From a virus (taxonomy: Duplodnaviria > Caudoviricetes), in IMG/VR virus record IMGVR_UViG_3300027819_000180, positions 1 through 42,720 of that record: a stretch of 42,720 nucleotides of DNA; one strand, written 5' to 3'. Below, one piece after another: positions 28,560-36,662 of the stretch. The notes beneath the pieces are model-generated. The model was not told the DNA's origin and searched no databases. It saw nothing but the letters and a program-made list of their open reading frames with translations. A program made the translations under genes and the position numbers. The number at the start of each line of letters is the position of its first letter. The first letter of the stretch is position 1.

Positions 28560-28955
28560 ATGATACTCAAATGCACGAAATGTCATAAAGAAAAAGGAGA
28601 TACTGATTTTCATTGGAGAACTGGTAGTGGTTCTAAAAAGCATCGTATGTCTTGGTGTAGAGATTGTCATAAAGAATACTGCATTAAATATCGGGAGGTT
28701 AATCAAGAAAAAATACGAGTTAAACAAAGAGAGTGGTCTAAAATTAGAAAAATAATTCAAGCCGACAAAATTTTAACTCGGCAAATGGTAGTATCCGCTG
28801 TAAGGCAGGGAGTTATAAAAAAACTTCCTTGTAAAAATTGTGGCGATATTAAAACTCACGGACATCATCCAGATTACGATAAGCCCCTTGAAGTTATGTG
28901 GTTATGTAAAAAACACCATTACGAAATTCACAGAAAAACAGCGAATCAGCAATGA
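28560..28955 (+). CDS. HNH endonuclease (zinc-finger type)
   Basis: CTKC, CRDC, PCKNCG...HGHHPDYDKPLEVMWLCKKHH. Confidence 0.8.
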   Translation: MILKCTKCHKEKGDTDFHWRTGSGSKKHRMSWCRDCHKEYCIKYREVNQEKIRVKQREWSKIRKIIQADKILTRQMVVSAVRQGVIKKLPCKNCGDIKTHGHHPDYDKPLEVMWLCKKHHYEIHRKTANQQ

Positions 28956-28962
28956 AAAAATT

Positions 28963-29196
28963 ATGAAAATAGATAAAAGTCAAATAAAAGTTTCCTTTGA
29001 ATTTTCGCCCGCCAGCCATTTTCTTGTTTTATCCAGTAGGCGATATAATGACGGAGAAAAAGAATGGTCGCTGAATTACAGAATAGACCGAAGTGAAAAA
29101 GGAAAAGATGATGACATAGGCGAAGCGATTATTTATTTGAGCGATGAAGAAGCCGAAGAATGTAAAAAAGCTGGATTTAGTTGGATAGAATTATGA
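28963..29196 (+). CDS. Hypothetical protein
   Basis: 77 aa from ATG 28963; coupled to the next gene. Confidence 0.6.
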   Translation: MKIDKSQIKVSFEFSPASHFLVLSSRRYNDGEKEWSLNYRIDRSEKGKDDDIGEAIIYLSDEEAEECKKAGFSWIEL

Positions 29197-29492
29197 AAAT
29201 CCAAAAACTGTATTTAATAGATTCTAAAATAAGCTGGCCGGTGTTCAAGAAGCTCAACGATAAGTTAGTTAAAGATTCCGGCCCGAGTCCGAAGAATATG
29301 GACAAGATGCTCTGGCAGATGATAAAAGAAAAACGGATACTTGCTTGGTTCGCAAATGAGTTAAAAGATGATATGGGATTAAGTTTAACCGTGCCAAAAC
29401 ATCGAGAGTTATTTATTATAGGAAACCCGAAAAAACCGTTTGTAATCTGCCGAGACAAAAAAGAAATCAAAAAAGCGGATAAAAGGTCTTAA
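29193..29492 (+). CDS. Hypothetical protein
   Basis: 99 aa from ATG 29193 (ATGA overlap). Confidence 0.6.
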   Translation: MKIQKLYLIDSKISWPVFKKLNDKLVKDSGPSPKNMDKMLWQMIKEKRILAWFANELKDDMGLSLTVPKHRELFIIGNPKKPFVICRDKKEIKKADKRS

Positions 29493-29493
29493 C

Positions 29494-29730
29494 ATAATGT
29501 CCGACTAATTATCGGACTTGCTCCGAATAGGAGCGGGCGGTAAATGGTTCTTTGATTGATGAGAGTGTAGGGCTAAGTCCATTGCCGAGCGTACGGAGGC
29601 AAATGGTGTAATAACGCCTATATGTGTTTGGATGTCGCATAGGAGTATGCGTCGCTCAAACGAGTTGCTACCTGTATACAAGGACGGCAGACCATTCTCA
29701 TCACTCAACGAATCATCCGCTAAACATTAT
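29494..29730 (+). ncRNA. Candidate large multibranched structured RNA
   Basis: Two 5' hairpins, a long helix (29537-67 with 29693-720) enclosing three further stems, ends closed by ataatgt/acattat. Confidence 0.55.
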
Positions 29731-30163
29731 TAGACATAAATGGAGGAAAGTAATTTTATACCTGCTGGCTCTGGTTTTAATAACACTTTTTGCGAGGTTT
29801 TTTACGGTTTCTGCGGTTTATGAAATTGCGCCCATTAAGACGGCTCGCGCGCAGGAATTGAAAGTAAGCACCCTGACACTTGATAACTGGATAATCAAAC
29901 TTGAAGAAAAAGAATCCGGACGAACGGCGAATCTTAAAATTTGGGACGTTCATAGTTTCAGTTTCGGTTGCCTCCAGTTCAAAAAGGGAACGCTGGAAGA
30001 ATTCGCAAAGAAGTTTGGATTTCGCCAAGAAATAAACGAAGAAGACCTCTATAATTGTCATCTCCAAAAACAAGTGGCGAAACGAATGATATTGTCCGAT
30101 TATTCGCTTTGGAGGCGATGGTATCAAGTCAGCTTGGCGATAGGATTGCCGCCGAGAAAATAG
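29726..30163 (+). CDS. Membrane-anchored lysozyme-like/transglycosylase protein (start uncertain)
   Basis: TM helix VILYLLALVLITLF; KLEEKESG catalytic Glu motif and SFGCLQF..GT. Confidence 0.65.
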   Translation: MIRHKWRKVILYLLALVLITLFARFFTVSAVYEIAPIKTARAQELKVSTLTLDNWIIKLEEKESGRTANLKIWDVHSFSFGCLQFKKGTLEEFAKKFGFRQEINEEDLYNCHLQKQVAKRMILSDYSLWRRWYQVSLAIGLPPRK

Positions 30164-30168
30164 GGGTA

Positions 30169-30197
30169 TTGACAATCCGTTGCAACAGGCGTAGAAT
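30169..30197 (+). promoter_or_regulatory. Sigma70 promoter
   Basis: TTGACA, 17 bp spacer, TAGAAT; ATG 10 nt after the -10 element (nearly leaderless). Confidence 0.7.
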
Positions 30198-30206
30198 ACC
30201 AAGTAT

Positions 30207-30401
30207 ATGAACGAGGTCAAAGTGTCTAAAAAAGCGTTGCAACGCCAAAAGAACGCCCCGTGCGGTTGGTGCGGACTAAGTATCATAATCAAGGGAGCCG
30301 GAAAATCCAAAAGAAAGTTTTGCTCGGCTAATTGTCGTTTTCTTTTCTGGCAAAAAGAACACCGCCCAAAGGTCTGCCCAAGTTGCGGATTTGAACTTTA
30401 A
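30207..30401 (+). CDS. Small zinc-finger protein
   Basis: CGWCG...RKFCSANCR...CPSCG. Confidence 0.7.
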   Translation: MNEVKVSKKALQRQKNAPCGWCGLSIIIKGAGKSKRKFCSANCRFLFWQKEHRPKVCPSCGFEL

Positions 30402-30444
30402 TGCCAAAAAAAAGAAATCCAGCAGTTAAAACTTTGTTAAAAGA

Positions 30445-30771
30445 ATGACCGAAGAAACCCTTGATATACAAAATCTGGCCGTTCTTGAAAGAGAACTTAT
30501 CCAAATAAACACAGAAATGTTTTTAGATTATAAAAGTTATCCGACTTTTTTTTCTTACTCCGGCGCGAAACCAGATGAACAATGGCCGCGAAATGAATTA
30601 GTTGAAACGCGAAATGGATGGAATTATTGGAAAAAGTTAAGCAAAAAACAAACTGACGCAATACCAGAACTTCTTAAAATGATGAATATGACCCAGATAG
30701 CCAAAGAATACGGAGTAACTCCTGAGGCGATAGGATACTGGGTGAGAAAACAGCGTTCTTTGACAAAATAA
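30445..30771 (+). CDS. Helix-turn-helix DNA-binding protein
   Basis: MNMTQIAKEYGVTPEAIGYWVRK. Confidence 0.7.
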   Translation: MTEETLDIQNLAVLERELIQINTEMFLDYKSYPTFFSYSGAKPDEQWPRNELVETRNGWNYWKKLSKKQTDAIPELLKMMNMTQIAKEYGVTPEAIGYWVRKQRSLTK

Positions 30772-30796
30772 CGAATTGTGTCGTTTTATGACTTTT

Positions 30797-30868
30797 TGGG
30801 GATAAGGCAGGGGTTGTAAAAGTTATCCACTTTTGTATGCTTGACTTTGAGTGTAGGTATGCTAAGCT
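30797..30868 (+). promoter_or_regulatory. Inverted pair of DnaA-box-like sites plus extended -10 promoter
   Basis: TGGGGATAA 30797-805, TTATCCACT 30823-31; TTGACT 30841-46, 16 bp spacer, TGc-TAAGCT 30863-68. Confidence 0.55.
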
Positions 30869-30883
30869 ACCTTTGCTCACCTC

Positions 30884-31131
30884 GAGTTATGGTGTGGGAC
30901 GCAAACTTCCGGCAACGGCTCCCAACAATAACTCTGTTGGGAGTTTGCGTTTGATAGGGCTTAGATTTTACATCACGAATAAGAAAGTTCGCCGAGAAAA
31001 CAGGCAAAAGAAAGAAACGGTGTTGAGTCGGTATATATTGCGAACCAAGCTGTCGCTAAAGAATTTACGGGACTCCATTGAGTTGCTGAAGAAGTCCGAA
31101 GTGTCCACTCGCAATATCTGTTTCTTTTCTT
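30884..31131 (+). ncRNA. Candidate structured leader/ncRNA
   Basis: Alternative helices at 30884-30951; long-range stem 31008-43 with 31109-31. Confidence 0.4.
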
Positions 31132-31245
31132 AGTTAGGTCTTAGCCACTCTCTGCTTACTGACTTGTTTGCTTCATAGCTTTCTTCTCAATTAAACCGAA
31201 CCTAACTTCCGCTTACAAGTTAGGAAAAATAACCGAACGAAAAAA

Positions 31246-31455
31246 ATGTTAGACAATAATTTACCGAGCCATTATGAAAGTGAATTGTGTCCGAGTTGCC
31301 GAGCCGATGACAGAAGAAAATCGGAGTATATCGGCGTGTTGAAAATAAGGAAAGGTAAATTCGGCAATTTCTTAGGTTGCACGAGGTATCCTGATTGTAA
31401 ATATACTTATAATGTGGTAATATCAAAAAATAAATATGGCAAAGGGATATTCTAA
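31246..31455 (+). CDS. Topoisomerase-type C4 zinc-ribbon protein
   Basis: CPSC...LKIRKGKFGNFLGCTRYPDCKYT. Confidence 0.8.
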   Translation: MLDNNLPSHYESELCPSCRADDRRKSEYIGVLKIRKGKFGNFLGCTRYPDCKYTYNVVISKNKYGKGIF

Positions 31456-31942
31456 TAAAACAGGAAAGCCGTTTATACCGCCTTCTTGGGCGGGTAAAAA
31501 ACATTTAGAAACGACAAAAAAGAAAATGAGAATGGCTCGTTTGAAAAATCCAATTTTCTTTTTGGGCGAAAATCATCCTAATTGGAAAGGCGGATTAACT
31601 ATAAATGGAGAACATCGGCGAACTAAATTAAAAGAATGGGTTAAGAGAGTAAAGTTAGAAGTTTTTGAATTACTTGGAAATAAATGCAAAGGATGTGGGG
31701 TTAGTGATTGGCGAGTATTACAGATTGACCATATAAATGGCGGGGGAACGAGAGAAAAGAAAATCGGAAATTATTGGACATTTTTTAGAAAAGAAATCCT
31801 AAGTGGTTCTAAAAAGTATCAACTCCTTTGTGCAAATTGTAATTGGATAAAAAAATACGAGAATAATGAAGTTCGACAGAAGAAGATAAAAGTTGCCGAA
31901 TGGACGCAACATAAATGTAAAAATCGTCCGCCGAAAAACTAA
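31436..31942 (+). CDS. HNH endonuclease
   Basis: HPNWKGG, CKGCG...LQIDHINGGG...YQLLCANCN. Confidence 0.82.
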   Translation: MAKGYSNKTGKPFIPPSWAGKKHLETTKKKMRMARLKNPIFFLGENHPNWKGGLTINGEHRRTKLKEWVKRVKLEVFELLGNKCKGCGVSDWRVLQIDHINGGGTREKKIGNYWTFFRKEILSGSKKYQLLCANCNWIKKYENNEVRQKKIKVAEWTQHKCKNRPPKN

Positions 31943-32118
31943 ACAATAAATTCGCCAGAGAAAATAAAAGAAGATTAAACTAAACCCTAACCCCCGACAA
32001 AAACTAAGATGAAAAAGAATTTTGGGCGAAAGAAAAAAAGAAACAACGAGCCAAAAAAAGGTCTAAACCCCAAGTGCGTATAATTAGAGATAGAGGAGAT
32101 AACATTAAATAAAAAGAA

Positions 32119-32307
32119 ATGAAAAAGGTTAACAAAAGATTCTTTGAAAACGAACGGTTAGAAATCGGGCGGGTTTTGATTGAAGAACTGACTAATTGGG
32201 AATCCGCCAAAAAACCGACCGTAGAAGAATTTTGCAGATTAATAGATAGATTATTTGAAGCAAAGAAACTCGCCCCGAAAAAAAAGAAACCGGAAACAAA
32301 AGTATAA
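32119..32307 (+). CDS. Hypothetical protein
   Basis: 62 aa with A-rich leader. Confidence 0.55.
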   Translation: MKKVNKRFFENERLEIGRVLIEELTNWESAKKPTVEEFCRLIDRLFEAKKLAPKKKKPETKV

Positions 32308-32316
32308 GATGAATAG

Positions 32317-32949
32317 ATGAATAACTCCGACAAAATAATTTTAGATTTATGCGGCGGAACCGGAAGCTGGGCGAAACCTTATAAAGACGCAGGGTATGAT
32401 GTTAGAAATATAACCTTGCCCTTATATGATATTTTAAAGTGGCGTAATTATCCTGAAATTATTGAGCCGATAGAAAATGGAAGTGTCTATGGTATTTTCG
32501 CCGCTCCCCCCTGCACAATGTTTTCACGCGCTCGAACAACCGCCAAAACTCCGAGAGATTTCAGAGGTGCTACCAGTATAGTTAAAGCTTGTTTGGAAAT
32601 TATTTGGGAAACTCAATATGAAAATAGATTTGATTTAAAATTTTGGGCTATTGAAAATCCAGCGGGACATTTGCAAAGATTCTTGGGAAAACCAGCGTTC
32701 AAATTTCATCCTTACGATTTCGGGGATAGACATTCAAAGAAAACTTATATTTGGGGAATGTTCAATGAGCCGAAAAAAACCCCTGTAAAGTTAAACGCCG
32801 AAGAAATTTTAAGGTCAAGAAATAATACCCGGAAACTTCCTGAAATTCCCGCCGATTATGTAATAGATGAAAATATGAAGCCAGTCCAGATTAGACGCTC
32901 AATAACCCCTCAAGGATTCGCAAAAGCATTTTTCGCCGCCAATCAATAA
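32317..32949 (+). CDS. Short DNA (cytosine-5) methyltransferase-like protein
   Basis: LDLCGGTG motif I, AAPPCT (PC) motif IV, IENP motif VI. Confidence 0.8.
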   Translation: MNNSDKIILDLCGGTGSWAKPYKDAGYDVRNITLPLYDILKWRNYPEIIEPIENGSVYGIFAAPPCTMFSRARTTAKTPRDFRGATSIVKACLEIIWETQYENRFDLKFWAIENPAGHLQRFLGKPAFKFHPYDFGDRHSKKTYIWGMFNEPKKTPVKLNAEEILRSRNNTRKLPEIPADYVIDENMKPVQIRRSITPQGFAKAFFAANQ

Positions 32950-32955
32950 TCTAAA

Positions 32956-33381
32956 ATGCCAAAACCTAAGGGATTAAGGAAAATAGACCAGACAAAGTTG
33001 AAGAAGAAGCTAAGGAAGAAGTTAGATGTCTTGGTGTCAAAGTTAATCCACGAAAGGGATAAGGGGAAACCTTGTATAGACGGGTGCGGGCGGAAAGGAG
33101 AACAAAGCGGACATTTTAGACGGAGAGAATTGATGTCCACGCGCTGGCACTACCAAAACCAAAATCTCCAAAGCATTTATTGTAATTGTTGGCTTTCGGG
33201 AAATGAGTTTGAGTATGCGATTGGGTTAGACCGAAAATTCGGAGCGGGAACTTCAAAAAAGATTTATAAACTTTCGCAGAAAACAAAAAATTGGGAAGTG
33301 TGGGAACTTGAAGCTCTGATTAAAGTGTGCGAAAAAGGATATGATTTTTATTGCGATATTTACGATTCAATGAAGATTTAG
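32956..33381 (+). CDS. NinG/Rap-like recombination endonuclease
   Basis: RDKGKPCIDGC...SGHF...TRWH..N...Q...CN..LSGN..EY. Confidence 0.75.
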   Translation: MPKPKGLRKIDQTKLKKKLRKKLDVLVSKLIHERDKGKPCIDGCGRKGEQSGHFRRRELMSTRWHYQNQNLQSIYCNCWLSGNEFEYAIGLDRKFGAGTSKKIYKLSQKTKNWEVWELEALIKVCEKGYDFYCDIYDSMKI

Positions 33382-33382
33382 C

Positions 33383-33428
33383 TGTGCAAAACTAACGATT
33401 TGACTTCCGTTAAAAAATAGATTACTAT
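33383..33428 (+). promoter_or_regulatory. DnaA box plus sigma70 promoter
   Basis: TGTGCAAAA 33383-91 (fits TTWTNCACA); TTGACT 33400-05, 17 bp spacer, TACTAT 33423-28. Confidence 0.55.
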
Positions 33429-33627
33429 TACTACTATATGAAACACTATTGCTGGGGCGGATTAGACGGAGTTTATAAATGGAAGCCCCGAACAAAAAAT
33501 CCAAAGAGTTGCCCGCGTTGCAAAAGTCGCTTAGATTCAAAGCCAAAGAAAATAAAGTAAGCATCATGGAAACGACAGGCGTTTTAATTCGCGCGGCGAT
33601 AAAAGAATTGGAGAGTAGATAAAAACT

Positions 33628-34044
33628 ATGAACAACAAAAATCTGTGTTCCTGCGGACACGAAGAAGAAAGGCATTATTCTCCAGAATTAAGACACTTTT
33701 ATCGAAGTGCTTGTGCGGGCGCATTTCAAATTCTATGTAAGTGTAAAGATTTCACCCCCCTCCCACAAAAGCCCGAAGGAGAAATAGTCGCAGGATTAAA
33801 TCATCAAAGTTCAGATGCGAACGGAAGCACAAGATTATATCAACCCCGCCCCGACCCGCAGGAAAAATGTGGATTATGTGAACACGAAATGTTCGCACCT
33901 GCGGCGCAGCCCTGTCCTCACTCAAGATTGGATTTAGAGAAAGTTCAGCCCCCTGCACCGAGAGAATATGACGATGATGATTACTTTTTTGGGAAAATAG
34001 GAGAAACCCCGCCCCCGCCAAAAAACCAAAAAATAAATAGATGA
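33628..34044 (+). CDS. Cys/His-rich hypothetical protein
   Basis: CSCGH...H...C...CKC motif. Confidence 0.6.
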   Translation: MNNKNLCSCGHEEERHYSPELRHFYRSACAGAFQILCKCKDFTPLPQKPEGEIVAGLNHQSSDANGSTRLYQPRPDPQEKCGLCEHEMFAPAAQPCPHSRLDLEKVQPPAPREYDDDDYFFGKIGETPPPPKNQKINR

Positions 34045-34184
34045 GATATATTGAAGAATTTTTAATATGGCTTGGAATAGTTTTTGCTGTAATGATATTT
34101 TTCCCGCCGCTTCTTTATCAAATAATTAAAATCGGCGGAAGATTACTTTTGATAGCTTGGAAATCATTAGGAATGTTTAACTAA
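34041..34184 (+). CDS. Small membrane protein (47 aa)
   Basis: ATGA overlap; FLIWLGIVFAVMIFF helix. Confidence 0.5.
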   Translation: MRYIEEFLIWLGIVFAVMIFFPPLLYQIIKIGGRLLLIAWKSLGMFN

Positions 34185-34385
34185 AATGACCCTATCAAAG
34201 AAAATAAGCGAGATATAATAAGGGCTAAATGAGTTTTGCACAGGAGGGGATAACTGCCCTTGTAATCTTACACGAAATAAGCTAACATAAAAGAGTTGAA
34301 TAAGGGCGGCTCAAAAAACATTATAGGCGAGTAGCAGAACTACGACCCACTTTTATAAGAACCGCCCTCTCAACACTTAACCAAA

Positions 34386-34571
34386 ATGAATACCCCGATA
34401 AAAAAACTTTGTCCGAAATGCCAAGAAATAGTCCGAAAGGCAGACGCAAAATTTATGAGAAATTATAGAGCTAAAAAGGTCGGGCAAGGGAAAGCCAAAA
34501 TAAAATCCCGAAACAAACAAAATGAATTCAACATTCTATCAGCCAAACAAAAAACCTCACCCAATAGCTGA
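34386..34571 (+). CDS. Small basic CxxC protein
   Basis: LCPKCQ; A-rich leader. Confidence 0.5.
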   Translation: MNTPIKKLCPKCQEIVRKADAKFMRNYRAKKVGQGKAKIKSRNKQNEFNILSAKQKTSPNS

Positions 34572-34639
34572 ATTTCTCTGTGTAGTCGGAATTTTCGCTT
34601 TTGTTTTCGGCGGAATAATAGCAATAGGAGCATAAATCA

Positions 34640-34840
34640 ATGAAAGAACATCAACTTAGATTACTAAACAATGCAATAGCCAACATTCTGCTCTTTGCGG
34701 GTGAAGAAGATTTAGTTAGGGCGGGCCGTGCGGCGCAAGCATTGGGGGCTATCTTGATAAGTTGGAAAGTAAACGGCAAGACAAGGGTATGGAAGAAGAA
34801 AAGTGGCGAAATACTAAAAAAATATAAAAGGTCTAAATAA
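34640..34840 (+). CDS. Hypothetical protein
   Basis: 66 aa ORF. Confidence 0.55.
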   Translation: MKEHQLRLLNNAIANILLFAGEEDLVRAGRAAQALGAILISWKVNGKTRVWKKKSGEILKKYKRSK

Positions 34841-34848
34841 ACGGTTGC

Positions 34849-34892
34849 ACTTTTCTCTCAGTTATTCGGCAACGGTTAGCTGGGAGAGAAGT
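34849..34892. other. Long GNRA-capped hairpin before an HNH gene
   Basis: acttttctctcagtta.tcg-GCAA-cgg.tagctgggagagaagt. Confidence 0.65.
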
Positions 34893-34902
34893 AGATAAAA
34901 AA

Positions 34903-35217
34903 ATGTATCGGAAAGTTAAAATAGATAAAAGAATTGGGGCAAAAAAAACAGAATTAAGCGAATTTTGTAGAAATTATAAAGGTAAAATAAATCATGCTTG
35001 GAAAGGAAATAAGGTTAGTTATAGAGCATTACATTCTTGGGTTGAAAGGACATTGGGAAAATCTAAAAAGTGCGAAAAATGTGGAACGATAAATGCTAAG
35101 AGATATGATTGGGCAAATAAATCAAAAAAATATAAAAGAGATATTAAGGATTGGATAAGATTGTGTCGTAGTTGTCATATGAAATATGACGAAATCAATA
35201 AAAAATTACTAAAATAA
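34903..35217 (+). CDS. HNH endonuclease
   Basis: WKG..VSYRALHSWV...CEKCG...DWAN...DWIRLCRSCH. Confidence 0.8.
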   Translation: MYRKVKIDKRIGAKKTELSEFCRNYKGKINHAWKGNKVSYRALHSWVERTLGKSKKCEKCGTINAKRYDWANKSKKYKRDIKDWIRLCRSCHMKYDEINKKLLK

Positions 35218-35273
35218 AAAATACTTTCCCTCGTTCGCTGACAAGCTGGGGCAGAGGAATCTAAATAAACAAA

Positions 35274-35501
35274 ATGAACTACTTACAAGAACTACAAAAG
35301 AAAATAGAAAACGATTTCAAGATAATGTTCGCCCCAGAAGACGAAAAAGAAGTTGAGAAAATGACCGAGCAGGAACTAAACGATACCTTTGCCAAACTCC
35401 ACCCCGATTCAAGGGTCAGCAACGGGGGAGAGAATAACGAATTTGAGGGGTCGGAAAAAGATTACGATAGGCAGGAAGCCGATAGCCACTTACACAACTA
35501 A
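35274..35501 (+). CDS. Acidic hypothetical protein
   Basis: 75 aa with A-rich leader. Confidence 0.6.
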   Translation: MNYLQELQKKIENDFKIMFAPEDEKEVEKMTEQELNDTFAKLHPDSRVSNGGENNEFEGSEKDYDRQEADSHLHN

Positions 35502-35502
35502 A

Positions 35503-35814
35503 ATGAAATACACTTTGGAATTAAAAACTAAAACCGAAACAATGAAACACACCTTTACGCCAGCGATGCTCCCAGACGAGCGCACGAAACAGATTTTGTA
35601 TAGTCAGGCGTGGAATTTGGCGGTAGCTCGTTGTTCCAGGAATGACGAAGCGTTAGAATCTCATCAAAAATACTTCTTTGACCAGCTTATGAAACCCTAC
35701 GAACCCCTCTTGAAAGCGCGGGAAGAAAGGGAAGCGATACTCAACAAAAAATCCGGGAAAGCAGAAACCAAAGAAAAGGGCGAAGATGATATAAACTACG
35801 AAAACGATTTATGA
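35503..35814 (+). CDS. Hypothetical protein
   Basis: 103 aa from ATG 35503; acidic tail. Confidence 0.6.
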   Translation: MKYTLELKTKTETMKHTFTPAMLPDERTKQILYSQAWNLAVARCSRNDEALESHQKYFFDQLMKPYEPLLKAREEREAILNKKSGKAETKEKGEDDINYENDL

Positions 35815-36029
35815 TTTGTCCAAAACACAATGTTGAGTTCGTTTTAAGACCGGCAGGGATAAGCCAAGCCACTAAGATGCCCTACAAGGCGTTCTGGGCG
35901 TGTCCCTCCCCGAAAACCGAGCAGGGATACTGCCAAGAAAAGCCTCCGTCCAAGAATGAGATGGCTTTAGAGAGAATCGAGGCAAAGGTTGATGAGATTA
36001 AGAGAATGTTAATGGCGGAAGCAAAATAA
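35811..36029 (+). CDS. Zinc-ribbon protein
   Basis: CPKH...YKAFWACP...C. Confidence 0.65.
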   Translation: MICPKHNVEFVLRPAGISQATKMPYKAFWACPSPKTEQGYCQEKPPSKNEMALERIEAKVDEIKRMLMAEAK

Positions 36030-36032
36030 AAA

Positions 36033-36386
36033 ATGAAAGACCCTGAAAAGCAAGATACATATGTTTTGAAGTTAAGCGGGAAAGCCGAACTTTTCGCCCC
36101 ACTCACGATTGGACATAACATCAAGACGACTATTGATGGGTCAATCACTGCCGAAACGATAAGCGACAATCAAGACGGCTCGCACACCCACTATTACAAG
36201 TTTGAACCCGTGATTGTGGAAACGATAAACGAAAAGGGCGAGCGTATGCGGGCAAAAGACACCAGAAGCCGAAGCCAGCAACTCCGTTCGCTCTTGGTCA
36301 AGAAATGGCGGGAATCAGCCGAAAACATAACCCAAGACGAATACTACGACAGAGAAATGGTCAGAATAATGGGCGAAAACTTCTAG
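36033..36386 (+). CDS. Hypothetical protein
   Basis: 117 aa; TRSRSQQLR segment. Confidence 0.65.
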   Translation: MKDPEKQDTYVLKLSGKAELFAPLTIGHNIKTTIDGSITAETISDNQDGSHTHYYKFEPVIVETINEKGERMRAKDTRSRSQQLRSLLVKKWRESAENITQDEYYDREMVRIMGENF

Positions 36387-36418
36387 CCCCCCAGAGATAA
36401 CATTAACTAAATAAAGAT

Positions 36419-36631
36419 ATGAAAGAAGAAATATGTCAGTGTAGTGAAATAATGGAAAACTTTAGTGGTAGAAAAGGAAACTACATACATTTAAGTGGTT
36501 GCCCTGAAAGTGAATGGGCTAAAGAATATAATAACTTAAAATGGTGGCAAAAATTATCTGGGAATAATCCCCGAAAAATATACAATATTCACAAATCACA
36601 AATCACAAACAGGAACTTATTAACCCCCTAA
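36419..36631 (+). CDS. AT-rich hypothetical protein
   Basis: 70 aa flanked by short direct repeats. Confidence 0.55.
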   Translation: MKEEICQCSEIMENFSGRKGNYIHLSGCPESEWAKEYNNLKWWQKLSGNNPRKIYNIHKSQITNRNLLTP

Positions 36632-36662
36632 CATTAACAAGTAACCCCCCCAAAGAATAAAA

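Noticed and set aside
29494-29730. SRP RNA, tmRNA, tRNA, hammerhead or HEARO/omega RNA
   Set aside because: The layout is superficially SRP-like, but there is no helix-8 motif, no T-loop/CCA, no CUGAUGA...GAAA core and no adjacent IscB.
31065-31098. Group I P7-like pairing (ggact/agtcc)
   Set aside because: The intervening sequence is too short for P3 and P8.
30837-31133. 98-aa ORF from the track
   Set aside because: It overlaps the promoter and paired RNA segments and has no protein-like motif; probably spurious.
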